DNA from: Chiloscyllium plagiosum
Taxonomy: Eukaryota
Length of the DNA: 64,000 bases
NCBI RefSeq assembly: GCF_004010195.1
Contig: NC_057720.1
Coordinates: forward strand, 30,500,927 to 30,564,926
Direction of reading: 5' to 3'
Every line of letters starts with the position of its first letter. Positions within the stretch are counted from its first letter, which is position 1. The position numbers and the translations under genes are program-made. The notes below the pieces were generated by a model. The model was not told the DNA's origin and did not search any database. It was given only the letters and a program-made list of their open reading frames with translations. Of this stretch, positions 26,091 to 38,875 are shown piece after piece.

Positions 26091-26311
26091 TCATTCTGTT
26101 CGGTTGGTGTCAAGCTTCCCTTTCTCTGCATCTTCTGGGGGTCGACATTCAGAAATAAACTTTTCCATCTCCTTCACTGTGTTTTGGTTGTATTTCTGCT
26201 CACGACTCAAGAAGTAGTCAGCTAAAACGAGGAAGGCAGCTGCAATGAACAGCCCTCCTCCAGCAACATAGAACCCAATACCATAGTCTCCTGTAATGTC
26301 CACCAGAAACC
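26091..26311 (-). CDS. SLC16 transporter, coding exon 4 (last TM helix and C-tail, TGA stop)
   Basis: Acceptor ttttgttacag; reads (G)FLVDITGDYGIGFYVAGGGLFIAAAFLVLADYFL...NRTE*. Spliced CDS 250+144+804+221 = 1419 nt = 472 aa. Confidence 0.92.
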
Positions 26312-26479
26312 CTGTAACAAAAGAAAACACATATGGTCACTCCCAACCTGAAACAAACCACTTTGTGTTTGACCAGCTATAGCAGACAACATTATTGTTT
26401 AGATCTATCTCAATCTCAATTACAGAACTAATTCTTTTAAAGATCTCGCTCATTATAAATCAAAAGCACAAAAATCCCG

Positions 26480-27394
26480 ATGATATAAACTAAAAAAAGC
26501 TTCTGGATACCCAGTACCCTCTGCACTGAAGAATGATGAAGTTTCTCGCCATTTAAATGATATACATTTTAAATGTAATAAGTAATTCTTACATTCTGCC
26601 ATTTTATTTTACACCTTACGCTATGAAGTATTACGACTATTGAGAGTCGTAGAGATGTACAGCATGGAAACAGACCCTTCAGTACAACTCATCCATTTCG
26701 ACCAGATATCCCAACCCAATCTAGTCCCACCTGCCAGCACCTGGCCCATATTCCTCCAAACTCTTCCTATTCAAATATCTATCCAAATACCTTTTAAATG
26801 TTGCAATTGTACTAGTCTTCATTACTTCCTCTGGCAGCTCATTCCATACATGTAACACCCTCTACGTAAAAAGATTGCCTCTTAGGTGTCTAAACTCCAC
26901 ACAGAGAGTCGCCTGAGGCGGGAATTGAACCCGGATCTCTGGCGCTGTGAAGCAGCAGTGCTAACCACTGTGCTACCGTGCCGCCCATGATATAAACTAA
27001 AAAAAGCATCTGGATACCCAGTACACTCTGCACTGAAGAATGATGAAGTTTCTCACCATTTAAATGATATACATTTTAAATGTAATAAGTAACTTCTTAC
27101 ATTCTGCCATTTTATTTTACACGTTACGCTATGAAGTATTACGACTATTGAGAGTCGTAGAGATGTACAGCATGGAAACAGACCCTTCAGTACAACTCAT
27201 CCATGCCGACCAGATATCCCAACCCAATCTAGTCCCACCTGCCAGCACCTGGCCCATATTCCTCCAAACTCTTCCTATTCAAATATCTATCCAAATGCCT
27301 TTTAAATGTTGCAATTGTACTAGTCTTCATTACTTCCTCTGGCAGCTCATTCCATACATGTACCACCCTCTACGTGAAAAGATTGCCTCTTAGG
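26480..27394. repeat. About 407-bp direct duplication (26480-26886 and 26988-27394) separated by an HE1 head fragment
   Basis: Near-identical copies from atgatataaactaaaaaaagc to aagattgcctcttagg. Confidence 0.92.
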
Positions 27395-27850
27395 TCTCTT
27401 TTATATCTTTCCTCTCTCACCCTAAACCTATGCCCTCTGGTTCTGGACTCCCCCCATCCCAGGGAAAAGACTTTGTCTATTTATTCTATCCACGCCCCTC
27501 ATGATTTTATAAACCTCTTTAAGGTCACTCCTCAGCCTTCGACGCTCCAGGGAAAACAGCCCCAGCCTCCGATGCTCCAGAGAAAACAGCCCCAGCCTGT
27601 TCAGCGTCTTCCTGTAGCTCAAATCGTCCAACACTGGCAACATCCTTGTAAATCTTTTCTGAACCCTTTCAAGTTTCACAACATCTTTCTGATAAGAAGG
27701 AGACCAGAATTGCACGCAATATTCCAACAGTGGCCTAACCAATGTCCTGTACAGCTGCAACATGATCTCCCAACTCCTGTACTCAATACTCTGACCAATA
27801 AAGAAAAGCATACCAAACACCTTCTTCACTATCCTATCTACCTGCGACTT
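27147..27850 (-). mobile_element. CR1/HER1 3' fragment in SLC16 intron 3 (tail duplicated at 26640-26886)
   Basis: ORF 27428-27853 with LVRPLLEYCVQFWSP; internal 30-bp tandem duplication at about 27533-27598. Confidence 0.88.
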
Positions 27851-29178
27851 CATTTTCTTTTCACTCTAGCCAGATGTGAACGACCTCCCCAGGCACATAA
27901 TTCCAGAAGGTCTTATTGCCCAGGAAAATCAAAATTTCAACTCTCAAATGATGGTGGCTCATTTCTGTCAGGCGCAAAACGGAAACTTTAATTGCATCGA
28001 GTAGACACTTAAAAATGTGTTTTTGAATTAGTTTTTGACAAAGTTCTCAACGTAACATGTTTTGTTAATGAGCTAATAGAAATCATGTCCAATCACAGTA
28101 AGCCTCTCTTTCTAAGCCCATAATACTCAATTCCCTTCAGCTGTGCGAGTGAGGTCTTTAGCATGTTCAATTTCAGTCATCCATATTAGCCATCAATACT
28201 CTGCATGGAGTTAAGATTACCAATTAGGTCAATGAAGACCATTTTGTGCCATGTTGGTTGATACTGAAACAATATGGTCTAAAACCCAGGTGAAAACTAA
28301 AATCCGAATGCTAAAGGTTAGAAGAGTGTAAACTAACAATGTCAATACCAGGGTTCTGCAAGACCGTTAAGAAACAGGAGCAAGAATAGACCACACTGCC
28401 ACTATCACCTGTCCGCCATTCTATAAATCATCACTGCTCTGCCAAAGGGCACAACTCCTCTTTCGTGCCAGCTCCTCAGAGCCCTCAACTCCCCAGTTTC
28501 AAAAATCAATCCACTTCTGCTTTAAAGGCTTTCAGTGACCAAGCCTCTCTGGGGTACAACATTTCAGAAATTCACTACCCACTGGGAGAAAAAAATCCTT
28601 TTCATCTCAGTTTCAAGTAAGTGTTTCCTTATGTTTCCTAGTTCAAGATTCTCCCACTAGTGGAAACATATTCTCAACATCTATATTGTCAAGATCCCTC
28701 GGAATCTTGTATGTTTCAATAAGATCACCTCATTTGTCAAACCTCTAAATGAATAAACCTAACCTGGTTTATGTATCAACTTCTTTTGAACTGCCTACCA
28801 TGCCAGTACGCCCTTTCCTAAATACAGGGTCTAAAACTGTACACAGTGCTCTGGATATGGCCTTATCAATACCCTGTATGTTGTAACAAAACCTTCCTAC
28901 TTTTAAACTCCATTGAAGGCCAAAATTCCATTTGCTTACTTGATTATCTGCTGCACCTGTGTGCTAACATTTCATGTTTCTTGCACAAGAGCATCCAGAT
29001 CCACCTGCGCTGCATTTTTCTGGAATCTCATTCCACGTAAATAATAATCTGCTTTGGACCCTTCCTAGTATTATATGACTCCACACTTTCCTACAATAAA
29101 GAAACTTCCCATTCACCCTACTTAACCTTCCATCATGACACATATTGAAACAGTGAATCGGTTAATGGAGAACATTAC

Positions 29179-29982
29179 CTGCCAGTGGTGGCCCAATAAG
29201 GCACCCAATACTCCTGAAGAACATAATCAGCCCGAGTGCGTTGTCCAGTTTGTCGACCCCCATCACATCAGTCAGCAGAGTGACAATAAGGGCCAACATG
29301 GTCCCAAAGAAGAACCCACAAATACAGCTGAAGGTGACGAGCAGGGGATAACTCTTAGCAACGGGGAAGAGCATTAGAGCAAGGCTTAAAATCGTAACCA
29401 TGATTGCTGTCAGGCGGACTGATTTCATAAGGCGCAAGTTGGCCAACCAACCACACCCAAGTCTCCCAATTAAGTCACCGGCTGACCAGTATGACATCAA
29501 TAAAGCTGCTTGAAAATCATCAATCCCAATGTTTTGAGCATGAGGAATTAAATAGATGGCAGGAACAAAGAAACCCACAACGGAGAAAAACCCAAAGAAG
29601 ATCATACAGATAAACTTTGGTCGTTTCAGAAGAGGTAAATCAAAGAAATGTGCAAGGTCCTTCTTTTGTTTTGCACTTGTGCTACATAAATCGTTCCCGG
29701 ACGTGGTAGCAGATGGTGATGTATCATTCTGACATTTCTTTTGTGACTGTAACGGTCTCATCAGAGCTCCACAGACACACAGATTCAGCTGGATACCAGC
29801 GATGATCATCATTGCTTGTCGCCATGACATCTGGTCAACAAGCCACTGGTAGAATGGCGTGAAGATGAAGGTGAAGACACATTCTCCACAACTGGCAAGG
29901 GCATTGGCCAGTGGCCTCCGTTCTGTGAAGTACTGTGTGACCAAACTGACTGAGGGCACCCAAGCAAATCCATTACCCAAAC
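29179..29982 (-). CDS. SLC16 transporter, coding exon 3 (804 nt)
   Basis: ORF 29162-29980 with YFTERRPLANALA, QLNLCVCGALMRP, GDLIGR and IGPPLAG motifs. Acceptor tccttcag, donor G|gtaatg. Confidence 0.95.
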
Positions 29983-30491
29983 CTGAAGGAACAGAAATAC
30001 ATTTTTAAATACCTTTTAGAGTGGAAAAAGAAATGAATCAAGAAAAGTTAAAATAGTTTCAAAAGTTAATTAATCAATCAAGTTTGGACAGAAGATTTGG
30101 TCATAACTCATCTACTCAGCAAAACCTTTCAATTTTCTATGACAGCATCCAATTGCTCTTTGAAAAAATCTGAGTTTTAGTATTGTTCTATCCTGTGTGT
30201 CTAACTTTCTGATCGCCCCTAATTGTGTAAGTAAGTCATTAAATTAGACCCCTCTTTATCTAGGAAGCTGAAATGATACAAATTAACGAAGCAAAGAAAT
30301 TGACAAATAAAACGGAGAGAACTCCAATGATATTTTACAAATCGATGATGACTATCAGGATGCTAAAGAAATCATCAAAAAGCTATTATATGCATGGTGA
30401 AAGGTGAGCATGATTCTCAATCACTTTCTGTCTGGCTTCAAAAGACAGGAGGAGGATTCAAACATTCTAATTAAGGGCAAGTATAAATATT

Positions 30492-30693
30492 GCTGAAAAT
30501 GTGTTGCTGGAAAAGCGCAGCAGGTCAGGCAGCATCCAGGGAACAGGAGAATTGACGTTTCGGGCATAAGCCCTTCTTCAGGAATCTGTTCCCTGGATGC
30601 TGCCTGACCTGCTGCGCTTTTCCAGCAACACATTTTCTCCAGCAACACATTTTCAGCTCTGATCTCCAGCATCTGCAGACCTCACTTTCTCCT
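30492..30693 (+). mobile_element. Short PLE-derived fold-back insertion in SLC16 intron 2
   Basis: About 52-bp perfect inverted arms; 14-bp TSD caagtataaatatt (30478-30491, 30694-30707). Confidence 0.88.
30551..30585 (-). ncRNA. Hammerhead motif on the SLC16 pre-mRNA strand, intron 2
   Basis: attc-CTGAAGA-A-GGGC-ttat-GCCC-GAAA-CGTC-aat; core intact, stem I imperfect. Confidence 0.62.
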
Positions 30694-31964
30694 CAAGTAT
30701 AAATATTACTTAGTATAAATATAACAACACAGGAAATATTATCCTTGAAAGCCAGGTGTCGATGAATATATCCCAGGGTTCTAAGAGCAACAAGAGGTGA
30801 AATTTTAACCAGCGTTTTCTAATCTTCTTTGTCGAATGGAATTGCAAATTGGAGGATTGCTATTTTTGTGTTCTTGCTCCAAAACAAAAAAAAGGAAAAA
30901 CAGAAGGAATTATAGACCATTCCAACCTAACTTTGGTAGTGGGAAAACTGTTGAAAAAAATTCCATTTTGTCAATTAGAAATGTACAGATTAATCATGAG
31001 CTGTCAGCATGGATTTGTAAACAGAAGATCATGACCGATGAATTTGGTTGAATGTTTTCAAGGAGGTAACATGGAGGTTTGATGAGGATAATGCATCTAA
31101 TTAGTCTACAGAGAAACATAAAAATTATGAGCCGGGGTAGACCATTTGGCTTCTCAAGCATGCTTTACCATTTGAAATGATCATGGCTGACCTGTTATTG
31201 CCTCGACTCCACTTTCTAATCCCAACACATTTTTTGATTCTCTTGTCAATCAAGAATATAACTCAGCCTTAAAAAATGTTCAATGATTCTGCCTCCGTTG
31301 CTCTCTGGGGGAAGAGAACCCCAAAGACCAACAACCCACAGAGAAAACATTTCTCCTCATCGCCATCTTGAATGAGAGATTTCTTATCTTTAAACTGTGT
31401 CGCCCAGTTCTAGTCTCTCCCACAAGGGGAACATCCTCTCAGCATCCACCCTGTCAAGTCAGGGGCCTAGTGAACGAAGGTGGGATGTGGACAGAAATAT
31501 GTGCAGAGAATCTCATGACTAGAGACAGAGATTGGTATTCAGGGTGGGGGTGGGTGGGAACAGTGTAGACAATTGAAGGATCAGGAAAGAGGCTGCAGGG
31601 CAGAGGATCATTGGGTGACAAGACCTGGTATGACTGAAAAGATGGCTAAGTATGAAGATGGAAGGACTTTTTTTGCTGTATAGGGTTATACAGCACAGAA
31701 ACAGACCCCTCGGTCCAACCTTAGATTTAGGGAAGTCTGCCTTGTACCTGGTCGCCATGACATCGCCTTTGTGGAATTTGATAATAAGTTGCAGGGTGGG
31801 GCAGCACATGACATGCTCCAGGGATTCAAGATCACACAGTCGAATGCAATGAAAATCTCCTTTGCAAAGAAATGAGGAATCGGAATGATTGAACTGGTTA
31901 TTTCTGGCTTTATTTACAAAAGACGTCATGTTAATTTTTTAAATTGCGGGGTAATGGCTGTATT

Positions 31965-33725
31965 AGATATGCTGAACACAATCCCAATCTAAACCAGTCC
32001 TGCTTGCCTGCTCCTGGCCCATATTCCTCCAAACCTTTCCTATTCATGTACTTATTCAAATGTCTTTTAAATGTTGTAACTGTACCCACATCCACCATTT
32101 CCTCAGGAAGTTCATACCACATGCAAACCACCCTCTGGGGAAAAAAAAGTCCCTCTTGCCTTTTTAAAATCTCTCTCTGCTCACCTTTGTTATGAAGTAC
32201 TGAACCTTTAAGAGTTAAAAGCTAGCAGAACTACCTGACAGCACCAAGTGTTCTGAACAAAATACAATGTAACCTTTTGGTCCAGGAGCTAGGATAGCTG
32301 GTTGCCTGGAGACAAAAACAAATTTGAATTAGGCCAATCAGTTTAAATTTTACCCCAAAAAATACCAAACTCCAACCAAGTTTGAATTTAGTATATTAAC
32401 AATATTAAAAGCCAATGGCACAATCTGATGTTTTGAGGGGGGGGGGGTATAAAACTGGGGTAAAGTGAACACAGTTGAGGGAGAACTGCCAAGCGACCAA
32501 CACATGCAGACTGCCCAGAGAATAGCTCTCTTAAAGGTACCTTTATTAGTGACTTGTGAAACAGAAATCCCTAGGAAGAAAAGACGACAGAGGAAGATAA
32601 TAGAGAAGATTTGACAGTGGGCTGGTTTTGAAATTTGAATTTTTGGTAAATCTTAATCGGGGGTTTTATCGGACTAGTATTATAGAAGGGGAAGGTAAAA
32701 GATAGGTTAGAGAAAGGAGTTGCAAATAGTTGCTAGTTAATTATAAAATTATACTTTAAAAAATAAAGTTGTTAATTTTCACTTTAAATTGTTCTTGGCC
32801 TCTCGAATTTTCACAGATTACTACACAGGATAAATCTTTTGTGTTGCCGGTTTAAATTAAGCAGGAGGGTTTACCCAGTGTCGTAACACCTTATAAACAT
32901 GCCCCAAGTCTTGAAATCCCCCATCCTAGGGAAAAAAAACAACTATCCCTCATTATTTTATAACCTATGAGGTCACTTTTCAACTCTTACGCTCTAGTGA
33001 AAAAAGTCCCATCCCATCCAGCCCTTCTTTATAACTCAAATCTTCTATACCAGGCAATATCCTAGTATATCTCTTCTGAACCTTCTCCAGCTTAATAATA
33101 TCCTTCCTATAACTAGGCAACCAGAACTGGACACACAGTATTTCAGAAGAGGCCTCACCCTCATCCTGTACAACCCCAACATGACTTCCCAACGCCTATA
33201 CTAAAAGGACTGAGCAATGAAGGCATGCCTTTTTAAACCATCCTGTCTACATGTGATGCAAACTTCAAAGAATTATGTACCTGCAACCTCAGGTCCCTCT
33301 GTTCAATAACACTAACCAACGCCCTACCATTATTTGTATAAATACTGCCCCTGTTTGGTATACCACAATGTAATACCTCACACTTATTCAGATTGATCTC
33401 CATCTGCCATTTTTCAGTCCATTGTAATCTTAGAAAACCTTCTTCATGGTCTATTATGCCACCAATTTTGTGTTGTCCGCAAACTTACTAACCATGCCTT
33501 CTATATTCTTATCCAAATGATTTACATCAATGACAAACAAAAAGAGGACCCAGAATTAATCCCTGTGGAACACCGCCAGTGACAAGCTTCCAGTCTGAAA
33601 TGCAACCCTCCACCACCACTCTCTGTCTCATACCTTTAATTTGTATCCAATTGACAAGCTCACTTTGAACCCATGTGACCTAACTTTACTAATTAGTCTA
33701 CTATGTGGAAACTTGTCAAAGGTTT
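31965..33725 (-). mobile_element. CR1 fragment interrupted by the solo LTR
   Basis: RT C-terminal and tail similarity on both sides of 32188-32888. Confidence 0.82.
32188..32888 (+). mobile_element. Solo LTR (701 bp), Gypsy-like
   Basis: TGTTATGA...TCGTAACA termini, 4-bp TSD cctt, internal TATAAAA (about 32448) and AATAAA (about 32762). Splits a CR1 fragment that resumes on the other side. Confidence 0.85.
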
Positions 33726-34504
33726 TGGGTAAAGTACTTAACTCAGCAGGTCAAGTAATATCAGCGGAGAGAAAGAGAATGAACATTTCAAACCGCTCAT
33801 CATGCAGGCAAAAGGTCATCGCTACTTGACACATCAACTCTTCTTCTCGCCACAGATGCTGCCTGACCTGCTAAGTGTTTCCAGCATCTTTTGTTTTATT
33901 TCAGACTTCCAGCACCCACTGTATTTTATTTTGATACATAACCCCACTGGGTGCTAGCAATCACTACAGCTGGTGACACAAAGTTTCATTCCTCTTTGTA
34001 AAAGTCTCTCATCCCTAATATCATCATAATGAATTACTTCTGCACTTTCTCCATAACATTCACTTAAGAAACCCATGCAACATTCTAGCTACAGTGTATG
34101 CAAAGGTTCGTACAGTTTGGCATCATCTCCATGTCTTCTATCGTACATATCCATGAAAATAAAGTTAATTTTTAATTTGTTCCTGAAAGCACGGGTTTCA
34201 TTTAATTTTGTTAATCTATACCCAAGAATCCTCTGAAAATTGCTCGCAGGGTAAACACAGCTACATTCCAGACAACTCAACCATATTTAAAAATACACTC
34301 ATCAAGATCAATTAAGATAAACTTTAATTAATATAAATTATCAGTCACCACAAACTTACAGATCAATGACCCAAATCACCTCAAGGACACCAAAAGATTC
34401 ATTTGAATGTTTCCCTCTAATCACCTGATTAGCCCCTTTTATAGAATTTCGCTCCCTGGATCCACAACTTGTACCAAAGGTGTAGCTTTAACTCACTTAT
34501 TTAC

Positions 34505-34648
34505 CTATGAGAAAACCTGTTGTGAGATACATTGCCCACAGACTGAAGCCGAAGGATCCAAGCAGCAGTCCCAGTGACGACAGAATGCCACCAACGATGA
34601 TAATAACTCGATGTGACAGCAGGAGACTGAGAGCACTAGCTATTGGGG
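34505..34648 (-). CDS. SLC16 transporter, coding exon 2 (144 nt)
   Basis: Not in the ORF track. Acceptor tatctacag, donor G|gtaaat. Reads (S)PIASALSLLLSHRVIIIVGGILSSLGLLLGSFGFSLWAMYLTTGFLI(G) and preserves phase 1. Confidence 0.92.
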
Positions 34649-35269
34649 CTGTAGATACAACAAGGAAACACAGTTAAACAGCAACTTCTCTTCTGACCTC
34701 AATTTTTTTAATAAAAGGTCAAAGATTAGAATTGATAAAGTTTAACATAAGTAGCAAACAACATAATTGAGTGTCAATTAATGGACAGTACAAGATTGAA
34801 ACCATCAAATAATAGTCATAGAATGAATAAAGTGCTTTTCTCTACATCAGCCACAAAGTTGAATCTTACTCTCCAATTTGGTCTTCACCTGTTATAAAAA
34901 AAAATTCAAAGGACCAAGAGTGTTTTTAGATCACAATCATACATTCACTGATTCTCTGGCACACACATGTATTATTTTTAAATGATTGTGAAACTTGGGG
35001 GGCACAAATGCAAGCAAGGAAGCAAACAATGAATAAAATCCTGAGAATCCAGAAAATATTGCAAGGTCTCCAACATACTGAAAGAGAACTGAGCATTGAT
35101 TCCGCGCTGCCCTCACTCAAAACTGTAGCTCCAAGTTTTGTTCACACATCACTGATGTTCCTTAAGTGTGAATTTAAGGCCTAAGAATTAAAAAGAACAG
35201 CAGCAGCATAAATGTGGAGTTGGCTGAATTGCAGGAGAAGGATAGCAACAGCGAGCATTGGCTTTCCAA

Positions 35270-37230
35270 GTTCAAGGACGGTATATAGTGAAGTTCACCA
35301 GAGGTCAAGGACCACTGCTTTTCTTGACCTATTTTAAATAACCCATACGGAAGGTTGATCCAAAAGGTAAGAGGCCAGGCACGTTGGCAAATTGGATCCA
35401 AAACTAGTTTACAAATAGAAGGCAAAAGGTGATGGAGGAGGATTGTTTTTGTAATCGGAAACTTGTGATATTGGCGCACCACAGGGATCGGTCTGGGATC
35501 TTTGCTGTTTGTTATGCACATTAATAACTTAGATGTAAATGTAGAAGGTATAATTAGTAAATTTGCATATGATATGAAAATTGAAGGACTTGTTATTAAT
35601 GCAGAGGATGGTCTTAGGCTAATATAATATTGATTAGATGATAAATTGGGGTGAGCGACTGCAGATGGAATTTAATCATGATAAGTATGAGATGATGCAT
35701 TTTGGGAAGTCTAATAAGGGAAGGGTATATACAATGAATGGTAGGTCCCCAGGGACTACTGAGGAACAAAGGCAGCTTGGTACACAAGTCCATAGATCCC
35801 TGAAGGTGTCAGGACAGGCAAGTAAGTTGTCAAAGATGACATATGGGATGAATAAAGGAACATGAAGTCTTGCTACAATGTTATAAAGCACAGGTTAGGC
35901 CACAGATGGAGTACTATGTGCAGTTCTGGTCATCACATTACTAGAAAGATGTGATTGCACTGGAGAGGCTGCAGAGAGGTTCACCAAGAGGTTGCCTGAG
36001 TTAGAAAGCCTCAGCTAAAAGGAGAGACTGGATAGGGTTCCATTATTTTCTTTCCCATGAGGCAGAGGAGGGTTCTGATTGAGGAATGCAAAAGTATGAG
36101 TGGCATAAACAGAGCAGATTGTGTGAATCTCATGCCCATGGCAGACATGTCTAAGACCAGAGGACATAAGGTTCACTAAGGAGCAAGTGATTGAGAGGAG
36201 AGCTGAGGAAATGCTTTCTTTCTTAGAGGGTGGTAGAAATATGGAACATGCTGCCTGACTGGGTGGTGGAGCCAGGTATTCTCAATATTTAAGAAGCATC
36301 TGGACAAGCACTTAAAATGCCAGGGGAGAGTGGGCTATGGATCAAGTGCAGGTAAATGGGATTAATGTATTTTGGTGTTTGCTGATCAGCACAGAAATGG
36401 TGGACTGATTAACCAGTTTCTAAGTGTATGACTCTATGGCCTAGAATTGAGTGTGCAGGCACAATTTTAACATCTGCAAAAGACACAGAACTTGGAAAGT
36501 GAACTGTGAGAATGATAAATATACAAGACAACACAGATCTGCTTCAGCCAGAGGCTGATGAATCTGTGGAACTCATTGCCTCAGAGGGCTGTGGAGGCAA
36601 AGATAGACAGGTTCTGGATTAGTCGGGGAATCACATTGAGAAACACATCAGCCATGATCCAATTTGGACATTCAATGGGCCGAATGGCCTAATTCTACTC
36701 CTATTGCTTATAATGGAATGAGGCAAAGGAAAAATAAAATGTAAGGCAGAGAACTCTGTTTGGATTTTGATAGGAAAGGCTACCTAAAATAAAGAGGACA
36801 ATTCTAAAAAGGGTATAGGAACAGAGTGATCTGACCTGCACATATGTTTGATATTGGCAGAGCAGATTCAGAAAGATAATAAAGCACACCCTGTACTTTG
36901 TGCCGATATTTATGGAATGCAATTGCAAATAAGTTATGGTGAAACATTTCAAAACACAAGGGGCTTGGCCTTATCCGGAGTATTGACATCATACTTTAGA
37001 AAGGATCTAAAGGCATTGCAGAAGGTGCAGAGAGGTCTAAGTGGGTGATTACTGCGAGCTTCAGGCATGTAGATAAATTGGAGAGCTTGGAATTGTTCTC
37101 TTTGTGGAAGACAATTGATAGGAGATTTGACAGAGATGCTCCAAACCATTAGGGCAGAGAGTAGATGTGGTGAAACTGTTACAAGTTGAAGGACTTAGAA
37201 AAGAAGATGCTGATTTAAAATGTTAGGCAA
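35270..37230 (+). mobile_element. Old CR1 fragments in SLC16 intron 1
   Basis: Decayed PQGS.LG.LLF, SKFA.D.K and W.MEFN..K..MHFG motifs. Confidence 0.75.
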
Positions 37231-37530
37231 CAGAGACCCTTCCTCAGGTCACACAACCCAAAATGTTAACTCGGATTCCTCTCCACAGATGCTGCCTGAC
37301 CTGCTGAGTCTTGCCAGCAATTTTTGTTTTTGTTTCTGTTTCTGATTTCCAGCATCTGCAATTCTTTCAGTTCTCTCACAGAGAGCTGGCACAGAAACAA
37401 CAGTCTGAATAACCGCTTTCTTTGACAGAACTAAGAAGAGTGGTTATATGCACAATGAAATGTGGCTGATCCAGGAGGTGAGGGTTGTATGTGGGAAGTT
37501 ATATTATCAAGAACAGTGACTGATACTTAC

Positions 37531-37780
37531 AACACACATGAAACACAGCCACAGTGATTGCAGTGATCCAGGAAACCTTAAAAGCAAGTGTATCAAAGTA
37601 TTCTTGGATGTCAAGAAAAAAGATTCCAAACGTTTTCACAAAGGATGTCGACAGTCCAGTTATTACAAAGCAAGATGCTAATATAACCCATCCATAGCCA
37701 CCATCTGTATATTTTGGAGCGTGAGGATTGTCAACAGGCTTCTTTACAGCAGAGTTAGCAGCTCCGAGCTCTTTTGACAT
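37531..37780 (-). CDS. SLC16 monocarboxylate transporter (MFS), coding exon 1
   Basis: ATG in GCCACAATG context. Translates MSKELG...YTDGGYGWVILASCFVITGLSTSFVKTFGIFF...SWITAITVAVFHVC, with the SLC16 DGG[WY]GW motif. Donor T|gtaagt at 37530; upstream acceptor ttttattag at 37798-37799 implies at least one earlier 5'UTR exon. Confidence 0.92.
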
Positions 37781-38419
37781 TGTGGCTTGCTTTGAATCTA
37801 ATAAAATAAAGACATTTGTAAGGTAATTATTCAGTTTTGTTGAATTGGCTTTGCTGAAATACCGAACAAAACTCATTTCTCTGTTAGCTGCTAACACATG
37901 TACTGCTCATCTTGTAGGTTTTTACTGATTTTTAACAGGCACTGTTTTGCTTTTATTTCAATTACATAATAATCATCTGGACTTCCAGAGACGTAACTAT
38001 CATATTATGCTACTCGACAAATTTACACATGTTCCCTGGGGTTGGATAGTTTAAATAGTTTTGCTGCTTCTTCGTTGTAAGTTGAATGTAAAAACTCTGT
38101 ATGCTGCTGAAGAACATCCTCCTTCCATTTTGCCAAGTAGCTGTGCAACATTTAAATCTTTAAAAGCCCTGTTCAGATGCTGAGCAGAGTGTGGCCCAAC
38201 AGCTAGTTATTCAGAAAATAATTGGTTTTAATGACTATTCACTTTCCTGCCTTTTCCTATAACCCTCGACTCCCCAGCTGATCAAGAATCTATCTTCCAA
38301 ATGTAGAAATCCATGAATCACATCAGCAACAGTTTAATTAAGCTACACATTCTAAAACCACTAATATTTCATAAATATACTGAATGGTTAAGTCTAACAT
38401 GTTCTTAACTTTAAATAGT

Positions 38420-38587
38420 TAAAAATCACAACACCAGGTTATAGTCCAGCAGGTTTATTTAGAAACACTAGCTTTCAGATGAAGGAGCAGTGCTCCAAAA
38501 GCTAGTGCTTCCAAATACACCTATTGGATTATAACCTGGTGTTTTTAACTTTGCCCACCCCAATCCAACACCGGCTCCTCCACATCA
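38420..38587 (+). mobile_element. Short fold-back insertion of the second PLE family
   Basis: 14-bp TSD taactttaaatagt (38406-38419, 38588-38601); inverted acaccaggttatagtcca arms. Confidence 0.82.
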
Positions 38588-38875
38588 TAACTTTAAATAG
38601 TCATTGTTGTGTCACCATAGTCTTACCAGACCATAGGGGCTGCTCTCTACTTATTAGAGAGAAGTGACTGGTGGTGATTTAACCTGAGGGCCACCAGATC
38701 TCAGGCGAGGGAAGAGGTTGAGAAGGACAGTCCTTCATTATTACCTCAAACTGGTGATGGGAATTGAAGCCATGCTGTTGGTATCACATTGGTCTGCAAA
38801 CTAACGATCCACCCAACTGAACTAAACTCATTCCCAAATAGTCATTGCATTGCAGTATCCAGTCACCTTACCTAC

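Noticed and set aside
37781..37897. N-terminal extension MLAANREMSF... of the exon 1 ORF
   Set aside because: A good acceptor lies at 37798-37799 and the ATG at 37780 has strong Kozak context, so the extension is probably intronic.
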